A DNA stretch of 28,848 bases from Macrostomum lignano (Eukaryota). The notes below the pieces were generated by a model. That model was not told where the DNA came from. It was given only the letters and a program-made list of their open reading frames with translations, and did not search any database. Positions within the stretch are counted from its first letter, which is position 1; each line of letters begins with the position of its first letter. A program made the position numbers and the translations under genes. The stretch is taken from NCBI GenBank assembly GCA_002269645.1, contig NIVC01003136.1, forward strand, positions 69,891-98,738. Direction: 5' to 3'. Positions 19,209-28,848 of this stretch are shown one piece after another.

Positions 19209-22200
19209 CTGGCGGCGAATCGGAGAGTTTAGGACACTTATTTGATGCCAACACCCGCCAATGCCTACTTGTAGTAGTAATTGACAGTCAAAGTTCTTAG
19301 CGGGATAATTTTTCCAGCAAGTTACTAATATCGCGGAGCAAGAGATTTTAAGTGCATTGTGATGCATCCCAGGCCAGTCTTTGTCCTCTATCCCAGCCCA
19401 GTCTTTGTCCTCCTCACCCCTTCCGTATCCTCTCCACCACCGTCGCTGTCGTCACCGGCCGCGGCCACGGAGCCGCCCTCGACCTCCTCCTCTTCGGAGC
19501 CGATCAGTGTCATCTCGCGTGTCTCGCTGGCCGCCAGCTGTACCGCCACGCCGACGTTGCCGCCTTCAGCCTCCTCGTCCTGCTGATCCTCAGCCTCCTC
19601 TTCATCAACTTCCTCCTCTTCATCATAGTCTTCCTCTTCCTCCTCCTCCTCCTCCTCGTCATCGCCAGTTTCCTCCGCTTCGTAGTCGACGCCGCTGCCA
19701 TCGACACCCTGCCGGTTGGCCTCATCCAGACTGGCGATCAGGCGGTGGAAGGCCAGTTCGTTGAACAGGGTCTCGCTGAGGTCCACCAGCAGGTCCTCCA
19801 GGCAGTCCGTGAGACGGCGGCCCTGGTATCTGAAAGGCAAAGGGGAACCGATGGGTTTTGGGTCTGGACCAATCAGAGAACAGCAGGCTATTCTGGACCA
19901 ATCAGAGAACAGCAGGCTATTCTGGACCAATCAGAGAACTGCAGGCTATTCTGGACCAATCAGAGAACAGCTGGCTATTCTGGACAAATCGGAGAACTGC
20001 AGGCTATTCTAGACCAATCAGAGAACTGCAGGCTATTCTAGACCAATCAGAGAACTGCAGGATATTCTAGACAAATCAGAGAATAGCAGGCTATTCTGGA
20101 CCAATCAGGGAAATCAGACAGACTCACTTGGCCAGCGCGTCGGTCACCAGGCTGGTAAGCTGCCGAGAGAACAGCCGCTCAAACTCGTCGTCGGAGTCAG
20201 CCGACCGCGCCATCGTGGCCGCGGCCGCTGACTGCTGGGCTGCCATGATGAGGCGAACCCGGCGCAGTGCCAGGTCGCGCAGCCAGGTGAGGAACTGCGG
20301 AGTGGCGGTCTCGTGCGCGTGCGCCTTAACCAGCGGGATGAGGTGGTGCACCACCGCTTTGATCTGCGCGTCAAGGCGGCGACTGTCGAGCAGCGGCTGG
20401 CGTGGCGGCACCGGCGGAGGTGGCGGCTGCTGCTGGCGCCGCTCACGCAGGATTTGCATGGCTCTGCGGGAGATTTGATTCAGACATAGGCTGGCAGTGT
20501 TAAACATAGGATCTAGTCGATAGCAATTCCGACTCCTGCACCAAAGTCCCGGGTTCGATTTTGCGGCCCGGCCACGTGAACTTGGGTTTCTCGAACATGA
20601 GGGTCAGCCCCATAGGCAGCGTGCACAGGTCTTTCAAAATCCAAATCGCTCACCGGCTGAACTCTAAATCCAAAATCTCTTGATCTGTGAAACTCCTAAA
20701 TCACGCACCCCACTTTCCAAACTCCCTAATGAAGTCCCAGATCCCTCACCAGCAAAACTCCCTAATGAAGTCCCAGATCCCTCACCTGCAAAACTCCCTA
20801 ATGAGATCCCAGATCCGTCACCTGCAAAATTCACTAATGAAACCCCAGATCCCTCACTTGCAAAACTCCCTAATGAAATCCCAGATCCCTCACCTGCAAA
20901 ACTCCCTAATGAGATCCCAGATCCCTCACCTGCAAAACTCCCTAATGAAATCCCAGATCCCTCACCTGCAAAACTCCCTAATGAGATCCCAGATCCCTCA
21001 CCTGCAAAACTCCCTAATGAAATCCCAGATCCCTCACCTGCAAAACTCCCTAATGAGATCCCAGATCCCTCACCTGCAAAACTCCCTAATGAAATCCCAG
21101 ATCCCTCACCTGCAAAACTCCCTAATGAGATCCCAGATCCCTCACCTGCAAAACTCCCTAATGAAATCCCAGATCCCTCACCTGCAAAACTTTCTAATGA
21201 GATCCCGAATCCCTCACTCTCACCTGCAAAACTCCGTAACGAAATCCCGAAACTCTCGTCTTCTAAACTCCTAATTCTAAATCCCTCACCTGTCCAGGTG
21301 CACTACGGTGTCGCCCAGGGAGTCCCTGGCAAACAGGGTGCCACCGCTGGCCGCGGCCGCAGCGCTAGGCGTGGTGGACACGGAGCTGCTGGCATCGTAG
21401 TAGGCCACGGGCTCTGCGTAGTCGGCCGCGCCGCCGCCAGCCAGCCGCCGCGCCAGGGCGCGGGCCGCCGCTCGCCTCACCGCGTCTTCGTCGCCAACAC
21501 CCGCCGCAGTGTTGGAAGTCGCCGTGGTGGTGGCGTAACTCTCCGAGGGCGTCTGTTCGAAGCCGGCGCCGCCTGCCGCAGCGGAAGCGCCGGTGTCGCG
21601 AAGCCACGGCGGCTGGCGACGGCTGCCACCGGCTGCGCTGCCGACCGAGCTCACCTGCCTGCCGTGGGGTAAAGGGAACGTAGTGACTAGATCTGGTTGC
21701 TATGCTCTTGACACTACGCACCTCTGAATCGGCTGCTATGGTCTAAGTTGGTTGCTATGGTCTGAGTTGGTTGCTATGGTTTGAGTTGGTTGCCATGGTC
21801 TGAGTTGGTTGCTATGGTTTGAGTTAGTTGCTATATATTCTGAGTTATTTGATTCAGAGTTAGTTGCTATGCATCCTGAGTTAGTTGCTATGCATCCTGG
21901 GTTAGTTGCTATGCATCCTGAGTTAGTTGCTATGCATCCTGGGTTAGTTGCTATGCACTCTGAGTTAGTTGCTATGCATCCTGGGTTAGTTGCTATGCAC
22001 TCTGAGTTAGTTGCTATGCATCCTGAGTTAGTTGCTATGCATTCTGAGTTTCTACGCATCCTGAGTTATTTGCTATGCATTCTGAGTTAGTTGCTATGCA
22101 TTCTGAGTTAGTTGCTATGCATCCTGGGTTAGTTGCTATGCATCCTGGGTTAGTTGCTATGCACTCTGAGTTAGTTGCTATGCATCCTGAGTTAGTTGCT

Positions 22201-25200
22201 ATGCATTCTGAGTTTCTATGCATCCTGAGTTATTTGCTATGCATTCTGTGTTAGTTGCTATGCCTTCTGAGTTAGTTGCTATGCATTCTGAGTTAGTTGC
22301 TATGCATTCTGAGTTAGTTGCTATGCATTCTGAGTTAGTTGCTATGCATTCTGAGTTAGTTGCTATGCATTCTGAGTTAGTTGCTATGCATTCTGAGTTA
22401 GTTGCTATGCATTCTGAGTTAGTTGCTATGCATTCTGAGTTAGTTGCTATGCATTCTGAGTTAGTTGCTATGCATTCTGAGTTAGTACGAACCCCCAATG
22501 TTAATGGATGACTAGGCTGATGCTCATTTCCGGCTAGGCTCTTTGAATCGTCAAACCCACAGTAATCGGAATAAGAACAGGCGGTTAACTTAAAAGAAGA
22601 AATGATGGCAAAGCATACCGCACCTGCTCAGGTGCCTGTTGACCAGCTCCTGCAGGGCCAGCAGGGCTCGCTGGCGCAGAAAGTCAGTTGACAGCAGCTG
22701 CAGCTCGCGGAACAGCTCAACCAGGTAGTGGGGCCGAGCCTCGTTTTGTGAGATCAGCGCCGCCACCTCCGAGTAGATGCTCTCCCTCAGGCTCTCAAAG
22801 CCGCCGCGGCCGCCGACACCAGAGCCGCCCGCAGCAGCAGCGACAGCCTCCTCTTCTTCGTCGATCTCTTCCTCCTCGTCCACGTCCTCCTCCTCGTCGT
22901 ACGGCACGGGCCCGGTGCCCGCGATGCCCGAGGAGACGCCGCCGCGGCCCAGCGGAGGAGTCCGGCGGCCCCGGAGCTCCTGCTGCCGCTCATCGGCGTA
23001 GGGCAAAGTGCGGGGCGAGCGGAGCGACCCGAGGTCCAGACGGGGCAGCGACTCGGTCTGCGAGCCGGCGGCTGCTGTCGCTGTGGGCTGCTGCTGCTGC
23101 TGCCTGTGGCACTGCTGGTGTGGACAGCTGGGAGGCTGCCAGTACCAGCAGGGCGGTGGCGGTGGTGGAGGCGGCGGCGGCGGCGGCATTCCGGCATGCG
23201 GGGAGTTGAAAGCCGCCAGACCGCTGACCTGCTGAGACAGGCGGCTCATCTCCTGCTGCTGGGCAGCCAGCATGGAGCAGCACTGCTGCAGGCACAGCAG
23301 CACCTGCGTGGCTGAGCCCACACCGCCCAACGGGTCCGGACGGCGTTGCTGGCGCCGGCGCCGACGCGCGTTTGCAGCCTCCTCCTCTTCCTCTTCATCG
23401 TCGTTGTCGTCGTCGTCATCGTCGATGTCCTCCTCTTCCTCCTCGGCGTCGGCCGTGTCCTCAAAGTTGGAGGCCGAAGTGGAGCCGCCCCAGGTGGCCG
23501 CGGCCGAGGCGGTGGTGGCGGCCGTCGGGTCCCCGCCGATGCCGCGCCGGCCGCCACGCAGCTCCTCGCGGAGCAGCTTCTCGGTGCGCATCCGGCCGTA
23601 GACGGTCTCGTTGGTGAGCAGCGAGGTGGTGGCCACCGGCTCCTGGAAGGTGACGCCGGCGCCGCCGACGGTCGCGGGCTCGGCAGCCCTGCGAGCGGCC
23701 TGTCCGCCGTCATCGTCATCGTCTTCGATCTCCTCTTCGTCGTCGTCGTCTTCGTCGCCGACCTCGCGGATTTCGGCAACCCGAACTCCGCCAGCCGACC
23801 GGACAGCCCCGCCACCGCCACCAGCCCTGGCTTTCTCGGCCGCCTCGACGGCTTCGGCGTCGCGCAGGCGGCTCTGCAGCTGCTCCAGCTGGCCCTGCAG
23901 CTCCGACAGGCGCTCCCGCTCTTCCATGAGCTGGCGCAGCTCCTGGGACTGCTCCAGCACGGCCAGGTCGTACAGCTGCTGCTCCGGCAGGTCGGCCGGG
24001 GCCTCCATGCCGCCAAGGGAGGAGACGCCCTCCAGCAGGGACTGCAGCCTGGCCAGCTTGGCCTTGGCGTCCCGCAGCTGCAGCGCCCGCTGCTGGGTCA
24101 GCGGGTCCGCATCCGCCCACTGCCCGCTGTCGGCCTCGGAGGAGGCGGACGCGCCGCCGCCTTTGAAGCCTCCAGATGAGACAGCAGCAGCGGCAGCAGC
24201 GGGAGCGGCGCCCCTTTCAGAGCCGTCATCGCCGTCCAGGCTGCTGCCGTAGTTCAACAGTCGGCGACGCGCCCGATCCTCCTGCTGCGACATCGTGGCG
24301 CTGGTGGAACTGCGGCCCGACGTGGCCGAGGCCGGGGCCGCCGGCAGCGACGATTTGGCAGCCGCGGCTGCCGCTGCGCCTCCTCGATCGGACGCGGCAT
24401 CAGAGTCTGCGGACCGATGAGATTTGGATTTGAGAGAGCTCGAGACGGCACAGCTAAGTTTTAGGCAAGTTATAGGGATCCGGGCCGGTGAGACTGGGAT
24501 CCGGGCCGGTGAGACTGGGATCTGGGCCGGTGAGACTGCGATCCGGGCCGGTGAGACTGGGATTCGGACCGGTGAGACTGGGATCGGGGACGTTGAGACT
24601 AGGATTCGGGCAGGTGAGACTGGGATCCGGGCCGGTGAGACTGGGATCGGGGACGGTGAGACTGGGATCAGTCAGAGAGATTTGGAATCTATCAGAGATT
24701 GGGGATCTTTCAGTGAGATTTGGGATTTGTCAGTGAGATTTGAGATCTGTCAGTGAGATTTGGGATCTGTCAGTGAGATTTGGATTTGTCAGTGAGATTT
24801 GGGATTTGTCAGTGAGATTTGGGATCTGTCAGTGAGATTTGGGATCTGTCAGTGAGATTTGGGATCTGTCAGTGAGATTTGGGATCTGTCAGTGAGATTT
24901 GGGATCAAATAGAGGTCAGAAATCATAAATCCAATGACTGACCACCCTGGCCGTGAATGAAGTCGGCCGCTTCCTGATAGTAGGACACCAGCTGCCGGAT
25001 GCCGCTCAGGCGGTCCCGCACGGAGCGCAGCTTCTCCAGCTGGGCGCGGGCGTCCATGGCGCCAAGGAGGTTGGCGGCCTCGCCGGCGGTGTTGCTGGCT
25101 CGCTGGGAGCTGGCGAGCGCCTGCGGCAGCAAAGATGGCGGAAGGTTTGAGACTAGTAAACCGTTAAATGCTTAATGCTGTGGTCGAACCTTCCGCAGGT

Positions 25201-28006
25201 TTTAAACGCGCTAAATTACAATCCCCGGAACTACTTCGTATTTCTGCATACATCTTTCATCTGAAGGCATAATCGAACAAAACCTGCTACAGAAACAGCA
25301 GGACTACTACAGCCTGTGCTACAGAAACAGCAGGACTACTACAGCATGTGCTACAGAAACAGCAGGATTACTACAGCCTGTGCTACAGAAACAGCAGGAC
25401 TACTACAGCCTGTGCATACACTGTCAAGGTGATTCCCACCTGTTGCTCCGTGCTGGTGGTCGACGCCTCCACCCCAGCGGCCCTGAGGGCGCTCAGTTCG
25501 CCAAGCGCCGCGTCCAGACGCGCCTTCTTGGCCTCCAGGTCAGTCAGGCGGCGCGCCAGCCGCGCCTCCGGGTCCGCCGAGGCGCCAGCGGTGGACGAAG
25601 CGGCCGCCGATGTCACAGTTTCGCGCTCCTCCAGCTCCGAGTCCTCGCGCATCGGCGGCGGCGGCGGAGGCGGCTGGTCGTCATCCTCCTCTTCCTCGTC
25701 ATCCTCGGCTTCGGCAGCAGCGGCCAGCCGGCCGGCCAGCTTGGCGCCGGCCTCGGCGCGCATCGTCTCACGCTGCCTGGCCAGATGCAGCTGGCGCCGC
25801 TGCTCCGCCTGCTCGCCCTGCATGGCGGCCACCGCCTGGCCCTGCTTGGCCCGCAGCCGCTCCTGGCGCAGCAGCATGTCGCGCAGGTTGTCCCGCTGCT
25901 CGCGGAGTTCGCCCAGCTCGCGCCGGCGGCTGCTCAGCGCCTCCTGAGCGTCGGCCTACAGGCACAGCAACAGGGAGTGGCGTGGTTCTGAAACTCTCAG
26001 CTTAAGCTTGATCAACAATAGTTATCACCGACCTGAGGCTGGTGTCACTGACCTCAGGCTGGTGTCACTGATCTCAGGTTTGGGAGTCACTGACCTCAGG
26101 TTTGGGAGTCACTGACCTCAGGTTTGGGAGTCACTGACCTCAGGTTTGGGAGTCACTGACCTCAGGTTTGGGAGTCACTGACCTCAGGCTGGTGTCACTG
26201 ACCTCAGGTTTGGGAGTCACTGACCTCTTGTTGAGGTCACTGACCTATCACCTATCCAGGGTGCCCTGGACTCAGAGAGAAAAAGGGCTTAGGAAAGCTT
26301 TCATGACCTTAAAAAGGTCCCCCAGACTTCAAGAGGCTCGTAAACCTCAGAAATACTTTTCAGACCCTTTTTTAAGTCCAGAAAAGCCTTCCTGACTACA
26401 TGGGGGGTTTCCAGGCAACAGGGGAGCTTTCATGATCTCAATGAGTTATAGCCCAGACCGGGCCAGACCTGCAAGGCCTGCCGCTCGGCCAGCAGTTTCC
26501 GCATCCGCTCCTGCTCGGACCGCAGCGCCGCCAGCTCTCGCTCGACGCTCTCGTCAACCGGTGCTTCGGAGCCGCCGGTCTCCTCGCCTTCGCCATCAAA
26601 TTCGTCATCATCATCGTCGCCGTCGTCTTCGGCGCCAGAGGCGGGCGGCGCTGCCACGGCGGCCTCCGGCACGTCGCCGCTGCCTGGAAGCAGACGGCCT
26701 AGCAAGCTGATGTACTCCTCCTCCTGGGCGGCCAGCTGCTGCATCAGGCTGTCCAGATTCCTACCCTGTTCGCCGCCAACGGAACGGCGCAGGGCCTGGG
26801 CCTGTGGGGAAGAGAAAGTTTTATTGTCTCGCGTTGCGATTCAAAATAAATTCAGAAGCAAATATACTTTTATTGCCATTTGAAGTAGGATAGTTGAAAG
26901 TTTACTTATTTAAGTTATCATTTTTATCTAACAAATTGCTACTGCTGCTACTGTCAGTAGAGTAGTGAGAAAAAACTGTAAAATAGAGCTAAAAAATTCT
27001 GCTTTGGCTGCGGCTTGACTCGATGGCGTGGTTTAAAAGCGATTCCCAACATTTATTTTCGCTACCTAAAGTAGGGTAGTCAACGTTTGTCTAAAGTTCC
27101 AGGCGGCATCAATAAAAAAAGAAATTTTAGTAGGCTCACACACAGATAGTGATTCATCATGCAGACTCTCACACCGGCAGTGACTCATTATGCAGACTCT
27201 CACACCGGCAGTGACTCATTATGCAGACTCACACTAGCAGTGACTCATATAGATTCTCACACTAGCAGTGACTCATATAGATTCTCACACTAGCAGTGAC
27301 TCACTATGCAGACTCTCACACTCACTATGCAGACTCACACTAGCAGACTCATATAGATTCTCACACTAGCAGTGACTCACTATGCAGACTCTCACACTCA
27401 CTATGCAGACTCACACTAGCAGACTCATATAGATTCTCACACTAGCAGTGACTCACTATGCAGACTCTCACACTCACTATGCAGACTCACACTAGCAGAC
27501 TCATATAGATTCTCACACTAGCAGTGACTCACTATGCAGACTCTCACACTCACTATGCAGACTCACACTAGCAGACTCATATAGATTCTCACACTAGCAG
27601 TGACTCACTATGCAGACTCTCACAGTCACTATGCAGACTCACACTAGCAGTGACTCATTATTCAGACTCACACTAGCAGTGACTCACTATGCAGACTCAC
27701 ACTAGGAGTGACTCATTATATAGATTCTCACACTAGCAGTGACTCACTATGCAGACTCTCACACTCACTATGTAGACTTACACTAGCAGTGACTTGAACC
27801 CCAGCAAAGAAAGTTCAACAGGCCACAAAAAGCGAGAAAATTCGCACCTGTCGCTGATAATCCCGAATCTGCAGCAGCTTGGCAACCAGCTCGTTCACAT
27901 CCCGGCCACTGCCAATTGCAACGCGGTCCCCAGCTGGCCGCCTCTGGCCGTCACCAGCGCCGCCTGGGCCCTGTGGCTGTCTGGAGTTGGCGCTGCTCTG
28001 AGACAT
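18877..28006 (-). CDS. PCM1: Pericentriolar material 1 (PCM1), ~1470 aa, 9 coding exons: 28006-27848, 26801-26469, 25955-25440, 25120-24943, 24406-22624, 21658-21290, 20463-20128, 19829-19418, 19208-18877
   Basis: KLLQIRDY; QLEKLRSVRDRLSGIRQLVSYYQ; FESLRESIYSEVAALISQNEARPHYLVELFRELQLL; LGDTVVHLD; LDAQIKAVV; LAKYQGRRLTDCLEDLLVDLSETLFNELAF resemble vertebrate PCM1 motifs; all introns GT-AG with matching phases (0,0,0,1,2,2,2,0). Confidence 0.88.
19418..19829 (-). CDS. PCM1: PCM1 exon 8 (PCM1 C-terminal domain end plus acidic tract)
   Basis: cctttcag|ATACCAG ... GAAGGG|gtgagg. Confidence 0.88.
19863..20108. repeat. 29-bp minisatellite TCTGGACCAATCAGAGAACAGCAGGCTAT, ~8.5 units
   Basis: Direct reading. 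Confidence 0.95.
20128..20463 (-). CDS. PCM1: PCM1 exon 7
   Basis: ctcccgcag|AGCCATG ... GCCAA|gtgagt. Confidence 0.88.
20509..20580 (+). mobile_element. Possible degenerate tRNA-derived SINE head
   Basis: GTCCCGGGTTCGATT B-box/T-arm-like motif, with a weak A-box-like CTAGTCGATAG upstream; no clean cloverleaf. Confidence 0.3.
20718..21235. repeat. 36-bp minisatellite AAACTCCCTAATGARATCCCAGATCCCTCACCTGCA, ~14 units, 72-bp higher-order alternation
   Basis: KLPNEIPDPSPA periodicity. Confidence 0.96.
21290..21658 (-). CDS. PCM1: PCM1 exon 6
   Basis: ccccacggcag|GCAG ... GACAG|gtgagg; 369 nt, phase 2/2. Confidence 0.85.
21733..22486. repeat. 19/21-bp minisatellite TCTGAGTTAGTTGCTATGCAT, >30 units
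   Basis: CIATNSE periodicity. Confidence 0.96.
22624..24406 (-). CDS. PCM1: PCM1 exon 5 (1783 nt; coiled coils, low-complexity regions, start of the C-terminal domain)
   Basis: gtccgcag|ACTCT ... AGCAG|gtgcgg; open frame. Confidence 0.9.
24476..24906. repeat. Two adjacent minisatellites: 21-bp GGGATCCGGGCCGGTGAGACT (24476-24668) and 20-bp GTGAGATTTGGGATCTGTCA (24690-24906)
   Basis: Direct reading. Confidence 0.94.
24943..25120 (-). CDS. PCM1: PCM1 exon 4
   Basis: ctgccgcag|GCG ... GGTG|gtcagt. Confidence 0.82.
25285..25415. repeat. 32-bp minisatellite TGCTACAGAAACAGCAGGACTACTACAGCCTG, ~4 units
   Basis: Direct reading. Confidence 0.92.
25440..25955 (-). CDS. PCM1: PCM1 exon 3
   Basis: gtgcctgtag|GCC ... 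CAACAG|gtggga; 516 nt. Confidence 0.85.
26025..26245. repeat. 22-bp minisatellite CACTGACCTCAGGTTTGGGAGT, ~10 units
   Basis: Direct reading. Confidence 0.93.
26469..26801 (-). CDS. PCM1: PCM1 exon 2
   Basis: cttccccacag|GCC ... TTGCAG|gtctgg; 333 nt. Confidence 0.85.
27150..27794. repeat. Variable ~25-30-bp minisatellite ACTCACACTAGCAGTGACTCACTATGCAG with higher-order blocks
   Basis: Direct reading. Confidence 0.92.
27848..28006 (-). CDS. PCM1: PCM1 first coding exon
   Basis: ATG at 28006; ELVAKLLQIRDYQRQ|gtgcga donor. Confidence 0.78.
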
Positions 28007-28848
28007 GAGTAGCTGTGAGCTGAGCAGCTGTGAGCTGTGGGATAGAGCAGGGTTACTCGTACTATAATTTAAAAATGTCTGTAAGCATCAAAATCACTCT
28101 GATAAGGTATCAGCTTGCCCTACATTATCATAATTTCTATATATCAAGTGAATTGCACTTTTTCTTTAATTACTTTTACCAATTTGGCCCCATTTAGTAT
28201 ATGCAAGTCATTAAAGTCAATATTTTATACTATAAAAGCTTCAAGAAGTTAAGCAAAGTAGAATACCTTTCTTATCTATAATTATTATCATCCATTTTCA
28301 TCCTTCTTTTTAAATGCCTAATACAGCAATCCTTTTATTTGATTTTCGTTATTTACTGAATAATACCATTGCTACTTGTAATTCTATGTAAAAATTGAGA
28401 TAAATATGCAACAAGTGTATTTATTTTGTGCTAGGCTACTTGCTTTATGTAATGAATAAATATCTATATATAGTATAGGTCAGGCTACAATAAAAGCTAA
28501 AGCCAAAGGAAATGATTATAATAAAATAAAATTAACAATTTGGCTATCCTGCAGAATGGTCTGTTAAATTCACTGTATGTATATTTTTTATCTATTGACA
28601 TGAAACTTGCCAAAAATGAATACTTTCATTATGCCAACATTTTAGAAGTGTTTCAGTATTAAAATTCTATTTGTGGGGGTTGTAATTTAAATTCTTGGTT
28701 TCTTGGCAATTTCTTGGTTTTTTCTGGATTTTTCCAAAATTTAACAACTATTAACAATTAGGCCTATGCAATTTTGAATTTATGCACTGATGTCACTGGC
28801 AAAATTATGTCTATGACCAAAATTAGTTATGAACTCTGGGGCTTTAAG

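Noticed and set aside
25189-25202. 13-nt match to the 18S rRNA 3' end (AACCTGCGGAAGG on the minus strand)
   Set aside because: A 13-mer match to rRNA is expected by chance in this much sequence, it has the wrong orientation for a PCM1-hosted guide snoRNA, and there are no C/D boxes
3453-27794. CRISPR-like regular repeats
   Set aside because: Units are head-to-tail without unique spacers, there are no cas genes, and the context is eukaryotic

Overview
Eukaryotic (metazoan) genomic DNA with GC-rich, Ala/Glu-rich exons and minisatellite-filled introns. This style suggests the flatworm Macrostomum lignano, but that is inference only. Left to right: (1) the 5' half of a Ty3/Gypsy LTR retrotransposon on the minus strand (173-bp LTR, PBS, gag-protease-RT), inserted in a minisatellite inside an intron of a DEG/ENaC channel gene; (2) a near-identical 7.8-kb tandem duplication (2520-10290 and 10330-18103), each unit carrying the DEG/ENaC terminal coding exon (+) and a convergent SMAD4 gene (-), with a solo LTR in one Smad4 intron; (3) a complete 9-exon PCM1 gene (-, 18877-28006). 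Main oddities: both Smad4 copies have an in-frame TGA at the conserved MH2 Arg (human R420) that also creates a strong 5' splice site; the duplication junction is an iterated 8-mer; and almost every intron has its own minisatellite, many made of sense-strand splice signals, including an array of 11 TTTTGCAG|GTGAG ratchet-point-like motifs. Scattered 1-bp indels in short homopolymers look like long-read consensus errors. All coordinates were read by eye; human residue comparisons are from memory.
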